Origin: Geosiphon pyriformis uo1
Taxonomy: Eukaryota > Fungi > Glomeromycota
Assembly: GCA_016748015.1 (NCBI GenBank)
Contig: JAAOMT010000176.1
Span: 296,434-360,433 of the forward strand
Length of the DNA stretch: 64,000 nucleotides
Direction: 5' to 3'
Shown in pieces: positions 54,124 to 64,000 of this stretch. Numbering within the stretch: the stretch's first letter is position 1; each line of letters starts with the position of its first letter. The position numbers and the translations under genes are program-made. Under the pieces are notes generated by a model, which was not told the DNA's origin, made no database searches, and saw nothing but the letters and a program-made list of their open reading frames with translations.

Positions 54124-54861
54124 ATGGACCTTTCAGATCAAATTTTAAAATTATCTAAACAATTATTTGAAACAATTCAAAAATTGACATCTCAAATAAA
54201 AATTATAATTGATAGAAAAAAAATAAGATATAGAGATAAGGGGAAGGAAGGGATGGGCAAAAGTTCAACTAGAACTAACCGTTCTCATCTCTACACCCTG
54301 CCTGAGAAAAAAATTTTACAAAAAAAAATTAATTCGTCTCAGGCAGGGCTTGAAGAAAGTGTAAAGGAATAAGAATTATTTTATAAAAGAAGATATTTGG
54401 TCCCCAAGCTAGAAAAAATAAAAGAAGCTTTAGCTTATGGGACTGAACTTCCCGAAACAGAGAAGTAGACACTTGACAATGCCCAGGAATGAAAAGAAAG
54501 ACTGTCTCCAACATATTGGTTCTACAAAATTGGTGAACAACTAGATTTGAAAACACTATATAGAGATTTCAGCCAGAAAACTTTCAACAAAAAAGCAATA
54601 CAACAAGTAGAAAAATTCATAGGAAAAAGCAATCTGACCCTACATTACAAAACAACATACTGACTATATACTGCTTTCCAATATTGTCCAAACATACTGC
54701 TGTATGGATCTATAAAGATAATAACGGTTAACAACATAGGATGAATTACCAATCGACAGTTCGAAGACCTATGAAAAACAATACTTGACACAACAATCGA
54801 ACATTACACAAATGAAGACATAAGAACAGATACATATAATTTTGCAGGAGCTCAATTCTAA
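54124..54861 (+). pseudogene. Gypsy extra ORF3 (~245 codons, unknown function)
   Basis: Single frame. Internal stops are all one C>T or G>A change from sense codons. Homologous to 57851-58310 (-). Confidence 0.8.
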
Positions 54862-54872
54862 AAAGAGAGGAA
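54860..54872 (+). promoter_or_regulatory. Polypurine tract
   Basis: AAAAAGAGAGGAA just before the 3' LTR. Confidence 0.85.
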
Positions 54873-54875
54873 TAA

Positions 54876-55927
54876 TGTTACCTGAGTAGAAAAACCAATC
54901 CAAAGTTATGAAAAAACGTGACCAGAACATGACATAACACAAAATAGTGCACAATAATGTTGAATAATGCATTATAATTTAGGATAGTGCACAATAACAT
55001 TGAATAACGTGTTATAACTTAGGATAGCACAAGATAACATGTTACAACATGGAATAACACAGAATAATACTAGATAACATGTTATAACATAAGATAATTA
55101 GTAATAATGTAAAAGAATGAAGCAATAACAGAAATAACAAAGCAATAGTTAACAATAACAAAACAATCAGAAGCAATCCTGTAAAACCAAAAGAATGTAT
55201 AAAAGCGAGTAGTGATAGAAGGTAAAAAAACAGGACAGATAAATACAAATTACTAAACAAGAAACAAATATCCATTACTTCTCCTCATTTATTATATTTT
55301 CATATTCATCTTCTGAAATAAATCAATTATTAAAGAAATCAGAATCATGAATTCATGTTCTCAAACTGTGTGAGATTTATGTGAATTAATCATTGTTTTG
55401 TACTTTCATTTTAGGACAGATGCTTTTAGCATAACTGCCTTGGACTATTAACAATTTAGACCAATCGCTTTTGATCACAGTGATTGATGATATTAATTTA
55501 TCTTTTCTTTTTTTTCTTTTTTTTTCTTTTTTATTTTCTTTTGTGGAGCAGCAACATAGTAAAATTAACTGTCTGGAAATAGACTTCGTGATAGCCTGGT
55601 AAAAGAGGGAGGCTCCCTCTAGGTTTTGGATATTAACATTATCTTGTTAGCTTACCAGAAAAGTGAAAAGACACCACCAGACCCTAATGACTGTGCTTAT
55701 TAACTCAGAGAAGAAAGCTCATATTTACAGAAGATATTGTAATCAACAAAAAACAAACTCTGTGTCTTATAATCAAAGAACTCAATGGGTAGATTCACAT
55801 CCAAAAATAGACCTTCAGAGACTGATAATCGAGACTAAGCCAACAAAATTACGCAGAAGATGCATCACCAATAATCAAGAGCACCAAACATTACCATTTC
55901 TATTATCTACCAAGTTTACCCATAACA
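54876..55927 (+). repeat. 3' LTR (1052 bp)
   Basis: TGTTAC...CATAACA. Confidence 0.93.
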
Positions 55928-55931
55928 ATGG

Positions 55932-56964
55932 TATAGTATTGTCTTTGTGAATCAACTTTATAATCATTATGGTTCTGTCTTTGATTGGCACATTTTCAAG
56001 TGTTGGAAGAAGTTGGACCCCTGTGGTCTTGTTCCTGAGTAGTTCAGACTTTTTGTTGTGTTTCTTGATAGTGAAGGTTTTTTTCTTACTCATCTCTTGT
56101 CTTTGGATAGTGTTAATTCTTTAAACATTCTTGAGTCTTATGATTTTGTTTCTGTTTGTGATTGTCTCTCACAGGTTAGTGTTAACAGTTTGTCAGTGTA
56201 TACAAATGGATCTCTTAGTGGTCTAGGCACAGTTAGCTGTAAAGCTGGAGCTGCTGCTTTTTTCAAAGATATTGATTTGAGTTTGGGTATTGGTGTGTTG
56301 GGTTTGATATCATCTACTTTGGTAAAGTTGCAGGCTAATTGCACTGGCTCTGGAGTGTGTTCCTTCAATAAGCTCTGTTAAATTGTTTTTGGATAGCCAA
56401 TCTGCTCTGGATGCCTGTAGGTCAGAATTGGGTCTGGCATGTCCCAATTTCCATAACCAGTATTAGGTAGAGTGTCATTATATTGTCAATGTTATTCACA
56501 ATAAGAATTTAAAGGTCAGCTGGCATAAAGTTAAAGATTACTCTTGTGTTTTAAGAAATAAGCATACTGACACAATTGCTGGTAACACTTTTCTCTCTAG
56601 TTAGTATTTTTTTTCTCACTTGGGTGAATGCTTTATAATGGCTGATGGTGTTGTTGTTTCAGGCAATTCCAGACATTTTGTTTGTGATATTTATTGTTTG
56701 GTTTGTTGTATATGCTGAGAGATTGGTTCTGGTTCCAGGTTTTTGGCAGACAGTTTGTTTTTTGAGGTTGATTAGCTCTATTCATCTTTGGTTTGGCACC
56801 TTGACTTGCATATAGTTGCCAGTTTCACCAGCAAACTCTCAGCTAATCCATGTACTTATTTCATAAAAGCTCTACATCACCAGCTGCTGGTTGTTATTTG
56901 GAAGCACCTCTATAATAAACTCTTGGAAGGCAGCTTCTGGTCTTTCTTACTCTTCTTTAGGTGT
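55932..56964 (+). pseudogene. LINE ORF2 continuation: RNase H
   Basis: SVYTNGS, STLVKLQA, FLDSQSAL, WHKVKD, YFIKALHHQL. Confidence 0.85.
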
Positions 56965-57837
56965 TGTTATAGGTGATTATTTGGGATCTCAAAGCAAATA
57001 ACAAACCCATAACTTGGTGCTCAAAGCTGTTGTCAATGATAGAAATCTGAAGATGTGTTTATCTGAAGGTTTTGGTTGAGTCTTTTGTATAATAGACAGA
57101 GATTCAGTGGTAATAGTTTTATCCGTAGCTTCCCGAAACCACAGTTTTTGTCAATTTTTTTCTCAGCGTGATGGCTGGTGTTTTTCCTGGTAAGCTATCC
57201 ATTAATATATATAATTCTACCCTTATTTCTGGGTCTTTTACCAGTGCTATATTTTGACATCAGTATCCCGCACATGAATCCTCAATAGAGTTAGTAATAA
57301 CAACAATTAAGACAAGAAAATAAAAGAAATAACATAAAAAAATAAGCCAAGACAATAAACAAGTTAGTATCCTGTCAATAGTTATGATCAAAAGCTATTG
57401 TTCTAATGTGGTTAAGTATCAATTACTATCAACATGAAGTGTTGATAGTGGAGAGTGAATTTGAATGGAGAATGATTTATTTATTTAATATTTGTGAATA
57501 GAAGATTTCTAACTAAAAGATTCTGTCTTTTTTCTACTTCTTATGCTACCACTATATATACATAATTGATGTTTTATAAGATCGTTCACATTTCCAAACA
57601 ATGTGCTATAATTTCTTGAGCAATGCTCACATTGCTGAGTAATGTGCTCTAATTTTCTAACATCACTCTACATTGCTGAGTAATGTGTCATGTTTTTTGA
57701 TATTGCTCCACATTGCTGAGCAATGTGCCATAATTTTTGACATTGCTCCACATTGCTAAGCAATGTGCTCACATGCTAAATACTATTCTCTTATTGGTCT
57801 GCTATTTTCTATATTTGTTTTCTTTTTATGAGTAATA
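56965..57837 (-). repeat. 3' LTR of second Gypsy (~873 bp)
   Basis: Minus strand starts TATTAC (TGTTAC with G>A) after the PPT and ends CCTATAACA at the LINE junction. Partner LTR is outside the window. Confidence 0.8.
57587..57770. repeat. Five ~40-bp tandem units, each with palindrome CACATTGCT-N-AGCAATGTG
   Basis: Units at 57587, 57628, 57669, 57709, 57749. Confidence 0.85.
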
Positions 57838-57850
57838 TTATCTCCTTCTT

Positions 57851-58510
57851 TTAATATTGAGCTCTATCAAAATCTTTGTTTTGAATTAATTCTAATACTT
57901 TTTTTTTAAGTATTGTTTGTTCGACTTTGTTCTTTACATCTTTTACTTGTGTATTGTTCATTCTTCTCTATTGGTTAATGGTTATGATTTCTATGTCAGA
58001 GTGTAACAGTATTTCTGGATAGTTCTGAAATATGTTGTGCAGTTAATAAATTGTTCTTACATGTAGTATCAAGTTTATTTTTTTTTCAATAAATTCTTCA
58101 ATTTGCTGTATTATGTTTTGGTTAAATACTCTCTTGGATTTGTCGATATACAACTTCTGTATATTCAATTTTCGACCTAGCTGGTAGTAATAGTATGATA
58201 TTGGAAGTTGTTTTGTCCATTGCTTCCAATTTTTTTTTGTAAGCTCTTCTGTTGGTGCCATAATAAGTATTTTTCCAAAAGTGTTTTTTACTTTTTCTAT
58301 TATGTTATTTGATCAGTTTTTATCATTTTTTGGTACTTGCTAATATAATGTATTCTTTGTCTTTCTTTTGGTGTTTTGATAGCAAATTGTTTGGTTGTTG
58401 ATGACAATTTCTATGTCTAACTGTTGTTGACTTAGTGCCTGGGACAGTTGTTGAGTTATGGTGTGAATGTGATCTGGTATTTCCATTTTTCTTGGTTGCT
58501 TTTGTCATGT
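57851..58510 (-). pseudogene. Gypsy ORF3 homologue
   Basis: Aligns at protein level with 54124-54861; the 5' boundary is uncertain. Confidence 0.75.
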
Positions 58511-58559
58511 GTACTGTGTCTTTATATACTCTTTTGGTTGTTCAATTTGATGTGTTTAG

Positions 58560-59925
58560 TTTAATAACTATGATTGGTTCCAGATCTTGTGGAATCTCAT
58601 CTGGTTAAACTATTATCTTTTGTACTCCCAACTGTGGAATGGTATTGGTAGATGATGATGCTATTTGCGTAATATGATTTTAGTCGATCATTATGTGCTG
58701 CTTTGGCTAAGATTTTGTTGTCCCATCTTAATTTATAAGCTCTATTTCCAAGAATTTTTTTTATGTGAAATGATCCATTCTATTTGGGGTCAAATTTTCC
58801 ACTTCATTGTTTTTCCGCTTTGGTATGATGTAAAAGTACTTTGTCTCCAATCTTGAATTTAACTGGTTTGTCTGGTAGTTGATTATTATATCTTTCTTTT
58901 TGTTTTTCTTGTGACTTTTGGATGTTATCAGCTGCTTTTTGTCATCTGTTTTCCAGTGTTTTTATTAAGTTATATGTTTTTTTCAACAAGGTTTCTTGGA
59001 AATTATCTTTTGTTATTGGTTCAGTTGAATATGTATTGACCTCTATCTCAACTGGTAATATTGTTGTTCTACCATATACCAATTCAAATGGTATTGCTTG
59101 TGTGATATCTTGCTTTATTGTCCAATAAGCAAATAATACTGATGGTATCAACAAATCCCATTTTTTTTGATTTTCTTGACTGATTTTGGCAATTGCTTCA
59201 CACAGTGTTCTTTTAAATCTTTAAACTAAACCATTTGTTTGTGGATGGTATGGTGATGATACTGGTCTTTTGATTCCAAATCAGTGACTTAATTCCACTA
59301 ATGTTCTGTTCACAAAGTGAGTTTCTTAATCTGATAGTAGTTTTTTTGAACATTCATGTTGACAAATCAAATCTTGATGAACGAATTTGGCAACAGATTC
59401 TGTATCTGCTCTTTGAATGGCTTTTGCTTCTGGTCATTTAGTGAGATGATTCATAGCTACTGCAATATATTTGTTGCTTCTGCTGGTGATTGTTAATGGT
59501 CTGACTAAGTCAATTCCGATATGGTTAAATAATTGTCCCACTTTGATTGGTCTTAATGGTTCACTGAGTTTTGTTCCACCTTTTCTCTAACAAACATCAC
59601 AATTCTGAACATATTGAATAATATCTGGATACATTGATGGCCAATAGTATTTTTTTCTGGTTCTTTCCATGGTTGCTTCTTTATGAAAATGTCCTGCTGT
59701 TGGATCTGAGTGCATGTTGAATAATATTGTTTCTTTTTCTGGTTCTGTGATTACTCTGATTGGTTGATCTGGATTTTTTCTGTTCTTTTGGTAAAGTATA
59801 TTTTGATAATTGATAAAATATTTTGATTGTTGTTTAATGTTCCTTTGTTCTTTTTGAGATAATTTCTCCTTGAACAGTTGGGTATTTATATAATGTTGTA
59901 GTTGTTAGTATTTTTGTATATTCAT
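58560..59925 (-). pseudogene. Gypsy integrase (own ATG)
   Basis: HSDPTAGHF, CDVC, IDLVRP, PYHPQTNGLV, PFELVYGR. Confidence 0.85.
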
Positions 59926-59955
59926 CTTTTGTTATATTTTTGGTTTGAAATGTTT

Positions 59956-62900
59956 TTAGATTTGTCTCATTTGTAATAGTCCATCAGTATTTCTATTGTT
60001 TTTTCCCTTTTTATAATGTACTGTATAATTAAATGGTGAAAGTTCTATTTTCTATCTGGCATGGCAATTGTCTGCAAATTTTTGTTTTTGAATTGAAGTC
60101 AATTCTTTGTGATCAGTGTACACTTCAAACTTTTGGCTCAAGTATTCCTTCTATTTGATAACAGTCCAATAGATAGCTAAGTGTTCTAGTGCTGGAGTTC
60201 CATAGTTCTTTTCAGCTAGACTTAAGCTTCTACTGGCATAAGCTACTGGATGTTCTCTTTCATCTGGTTTTTTCTGTGATAGTACTGCTCCCAATGTTTG
60301 GCCAGATGCATCAGTAGTAATGCTGAATAATTTGCTGTGATCTGGATACATTAATACTAGAGCTTGAATAAGCTTTCTTCTTAAGATATCAAAAGCTTTT
60401 TGTTGAGTTTCTGTCCATTCATACTTCACATTCTTTGTTTGAAGTTGGTGTAGTGATTGGGTTATTTTGGAAAAATTCTTGATGAAGTGGCAGTAGTATC
60501 CAGCAAATCCCAAGAATGCTCTCAATTCTGTGAGATTATTTGGTACTAGAAAGTTTTTGACAGTCTTAATTTTGTCTGGATCTGTTTTTATTCCATCTTT
60601 GCTTACCACATGTTCCAAAAACTTGAGTTCAGTTTTTCTAAAGAAACATTTAGTTGCATTTAATTTTAGTCTGGCTCTTCTTAACCTTTCAAACACTTGT
60701 TGAAGATGATACAGATAATCATTGAATGTTTTTGAGAACACATTGGTATCATCCAAGTATATGACTACTGACTTCTATAGTAGTCCAATATATACAATTT
60801 TCATTAGCCATTGGAATGTGGCTGGTGCATTTATCAATCCAAATGGCATGACTTCAAATTCAAAATTTCTTTTTCTTGTGATAAATGCTGTTTTCTCTTT
60901 GTTGGCTGAATTCATGGCTACTTGCCAATAACCACTATCCAAATTCAGTATTGAAAACCATTTATTTTCTCCAAAAGCATTAAACAGCTCTTGGATTTTG
61001 GGCGTTGGATAGTTATCTTCTTTGGTTACTCTATTCAGTTTCTGGTAATCTACACAAAAGCAGATTTTCCCATTTTTCTTTTGGACTAGTACCACTGGTA
61101 ATGACCATGGGCTCATTGATGGCTGAATTAGCCCATTGTTAAGCATTTGGTTAATTTTTTGACGAATGATCTTATGGCTAGCTGGTGGTACTCTGTATGC
61201 TCTTTGTTTAATTGGCATTGCATCTCCAGTTTTGATCTGATGCTGGATGATGTTGGTTCTGCCAAATTCGTTTTTGCTGGCAAAAATGTTATTGAAGTTG
61301 CTGAGTAACATCTTTAGTTGCATCTGTTGGAGTGGGTCTAGATTCCCTATGTTTATCTGTTCCAATTGTTCTGGTTGAAGCAGATAACATTCATTTCGTC
61401 CATAGATGGTTTGTGATATGATATTCACATATCCACAAAGCTGTGAAAAATCTGGAATATAGTTTGGTGGTTGGTTCTCAACTTTGGTGGTTAAATATCC
61501 AATGATAGTTCTTTTTGGTATTTCAATAATACATCTTGTTGTGTTGTAGATGAGAATTTTGATATTCTTGGGGCTGTTGGCTGATATGTAGAAATTGGTG
61601 AGTCCAATTTCTCTTGATTCACAAATGATAGCTTCTTTTTCAAACAACTGAGCTTGATTCTTTACTTCTCTTTTTATAGCTAACATATACTGGTCATATG
61701 GTGGAATGAAAATTGTGTGATGAGTTGAAATAATTTCTTTTTTGTCAACAATTTTTTCCTCTGCCATATTAACTGGTATATTTATTCTACCCATTGATCC
61801 AAATCCTTGTATCTCTCTAGCAGTAATCCCCAATTCTTCTCTGTTTTTTACTAACACTAGCTGAAATACTTTCACCAAAGGTAAGAATATTGCCTGTGCT
61901 ATCTTTTCATTTGGATCTATGATATATATTTTTTCTGAGTTATTTTGTAGCATAGCAATGATATTTCCTACATATCCTGTGTCAATTATTCCTTTTCTAA
62001 TGTTGATTCCCTTTTTTGCTAAGCTACTTTTGGATGCTAATTGAACCATTGTTGTTGCTAGAATTTCCAGTGCTATTTTCAGATTGATGCAAGTGCATAA
62101 GTAAGGTTCTAATTTGATGGAATTTTTCTCCAGATATCTCAGATCAAATCCTGCATCAGTATCATGTGTGTGTTTAGGCATAATATCTTCATTATTATCA
62201 CTAAACCATTTCAGTTCTTGCTCTTTGGTAAGATCAGGTAGAGCGATATATGTTTCGGAGTTTAAATTAGAGTCTGGATTGTTGTTATTTTTGTTGTTGT
62301 TTTGAGCAGAACTAAAACCAGTGTTTTCATCATCATCATTGTCAGAGTTTGAATTGGGATTGAAAATTGATTTTGATTCTGATGCACAGTTGCTCATTGG
62401 TTTGTCTTCTTCTGGAATTGTGTAGATCATACATGGTAGTGGATTGTAAATAAGGTCACACTCATTACAATACTTGAAGTTACATGGGATCAAACAGTGG
62501 TCACATAATCAGATGTTTATTTCTTCCAAGCATTGTTTCTGTTTCTTTCTGGTGGGTGCCAATTGTTGGTAATGTTTATGGAATTCCTTTGAATTGTCCT
62601 TGATGTTGCCAAAAATGTTGAAAGTTTAGATGTATTCAGGTTCAAGAAGTGATAAAGGGTTGTTTTTGATTTTTAGTAGTTCACTGGTTGTTGCACTTTC
62701 TGCTTTTGCATATGCCATTCTTCAGAGTTCATGTTTGTCATGGAAATATCCTTCTAATTGTTACAACACTCTTTTCCAGACATCATCGATTAGTGTGTCT
62801 TTGCATATCCAGTCATTGATTAAGATTGTATATTGGCACATTTCATCGCACATTCCTCCTTGTTTAGGAATGTTGTTCCACATTCCTTCATTTGGAAGAG

Positions 62901-64000
62901 TTTCTCTACAAGCTAAACATGGTGTATTATCCCATTTTCTCACTTGTTTTAGCCTTCCAAAATGTTCAACAAGATATGCGTGGCAATAAAACTTAGTTGC
63001 CATCTGGTATTCTTTGTTATCAGCACAGCATACACCCATTGAAGACAATTTCTTACCACAATTGGCACATATAAGCTTTAGTCAATAATAATTTGGTTGT
63101 GGTAGTGTGTAAGTATATGCATAATAAATGGTGATTGGTATTGGAATTTCTTCATTCTCTTTCCTTTTTTCTTTGTGGTTATCTTTTTCTCACTCCCAGG
63201 TTGTTGGTAGTTTGTTTTGATCGTTTTCAGTTCTCTAGACTTAATCCAAATTCCAGGTAAGTTCTTCTGTTTGTTTTCCTTTTCCCTTATTGTTCCAGGA
63301 TAATATTGGTGGTAATTTGTTGTGGTTGTCTTTATCAGCCCAGGAAACTTGATAGACTTCCCAGGTAGGTTTCTCTTTTTCTTTTTTCAATTCAATAAGT
63401 GGAGCTGATGGTGTGATAATAGGTTTGAAATGGCCATATATGGCTGGTATGCATGTGTTTCATTTGTTTTGGCTAAGCTGGAGCTCTTGGGTGTTTTAGT
63501 TGAGTGTTGCATTGATTTTGGACAGCCAGTTATTATTCACTAGTGCTTGGTATTGAGTGGCTTCTATGACTAATATCTTGATTGGTACAGTGATACTATT
63601 GATTTTTATGAGCAAATTATTTATTTCACCAATTGGAGTCTTGGTGGCTCCATCAGCTGTAATTATCTTTATACTGGCAGCTCGATTAACTCGATGACCT
63701 AATTGGTCTATAAGCTGTCTTATGATGATGCTGCCAGTTGATCCACTATCTAGGATCAGTTTGATGAACTGACCATCAATTTTGGCATCTGTGTACATCG
63801 CCATGATAGATTTTTCCTCAAGTGTGGCTCTACTGAACAAAAGAGTTTCTGTCAGTTCCTTGATTTCGAAGGGAAATATTGCTGCTAGAGACTCGTTTTC
63901 TATGACAGTGGCTAGTGGAATATTGGTAAGTGGTTGCTTCTGGTTGGGTTCCCAGGTGTTGGATAAGGCATCTTTTAGAGTAACCAGAAGGCTTAAATAG
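59956..64000 (-). pseudogene. Gypsy pol: PR, Cys-rich, dUTPase, RT, RNase H
   Basis: ORFs 63496-63840, 62761-63048, 60775-62493, 60151-60756. Confidence 0.9.

Larger units (their letters stand above)
46020..55927 (+). mobile_element. Complete Ty3/Gypsy LTR retrotransposon (9908 bp) with dUTPase and extra ORF
   Basis: TG...CA LTRs, TSD ATGG (46016-46019, 55928-55931), PBS, PPT, and PR-RT-RH-IN order. Confidence 0.95.
40800..56964 (+). mobile_element. Full-length-type LINE (ORF1 + APE-RT-RNase H ORF2), split by a Gypsy at 46020-55927 and cut by a second Gypsy at 56965
   Basis: ORF2 reading is continuous across the insertion (..SSLQW|YSIVFVNQL). Domain motifs are listed in the two pseudogene entries. 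Confidence 0.92.
56965..64000 (-). mobile_element. Second Ty3/Gypsy element (related family), 5' part beyond window
   Basis: PR (LILDSGST, 63496-63840), Cys-rich block, dUTPase (DAGFDL, SKSSLAKKG, IIDTGYVG, GFGS), RT (FCVDYQKLN, YLDD), RH, IN, ORF3, PPT 57841-57852, LTR. Confidence 0.93.

Noticed and set aside
57587-57770. CRISPR-like palindromic repeat/spacer pattern
   Set aside because: Spacers resemble one another (tandem repeat), it lies in a eukaryotic LTR, and no cas genes are present.

Overview
Eukaryotic, intron-containing, very AT-rich fungal DNA. Gene content and repeat landscape suggest an early-diverging fungus, most like Glomeromycotina/Mucoromycota (inference). There are two CpG-retaining gene islands. 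The first (2.5-12.9 kb) holds eIF2B-alpha/GCN3, threonine synthase THR4, an F-box/LRR gene and a Tubby-domain gene. The second (32.4-39.7 kb) holds TRAPP-II TRS65 and an MTC4-like gene. Between and around them lie decayed transposons: at least seven copies of an APE-RT-RNaseH LINE family, a probable solo LTR, one complete Ty3/Gypsy element (46020-55927, ATGG TSD) and a second related Gypsy running off the right edge. Every LTR insertion is nested in a LINE. Main points: (1) both Gypsy elements share an unusual architecture of gag-PR, a Cys-rich zinc-finger-like block, dUTPase, RT-RH, STOP, a separately initiated integrase ORF, and a conserved non-env ORF3 ending F-x-G-A-Q-[FY]-stop against the PPT; (2) repeats show extreme C>T/G>A hypermutation (hand count: 48 transitions vs 2 transversions in 420 bp of LTR pair); (3) a 531-nt TRS65 intron is densely structured and may hold an ncRNA; (4) a 3'-UTR stem-loop of the LINE can be reconstructed from six decayed copies. 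All alignments and counts were made by eye; boundaries of degenerate elements are approximate.
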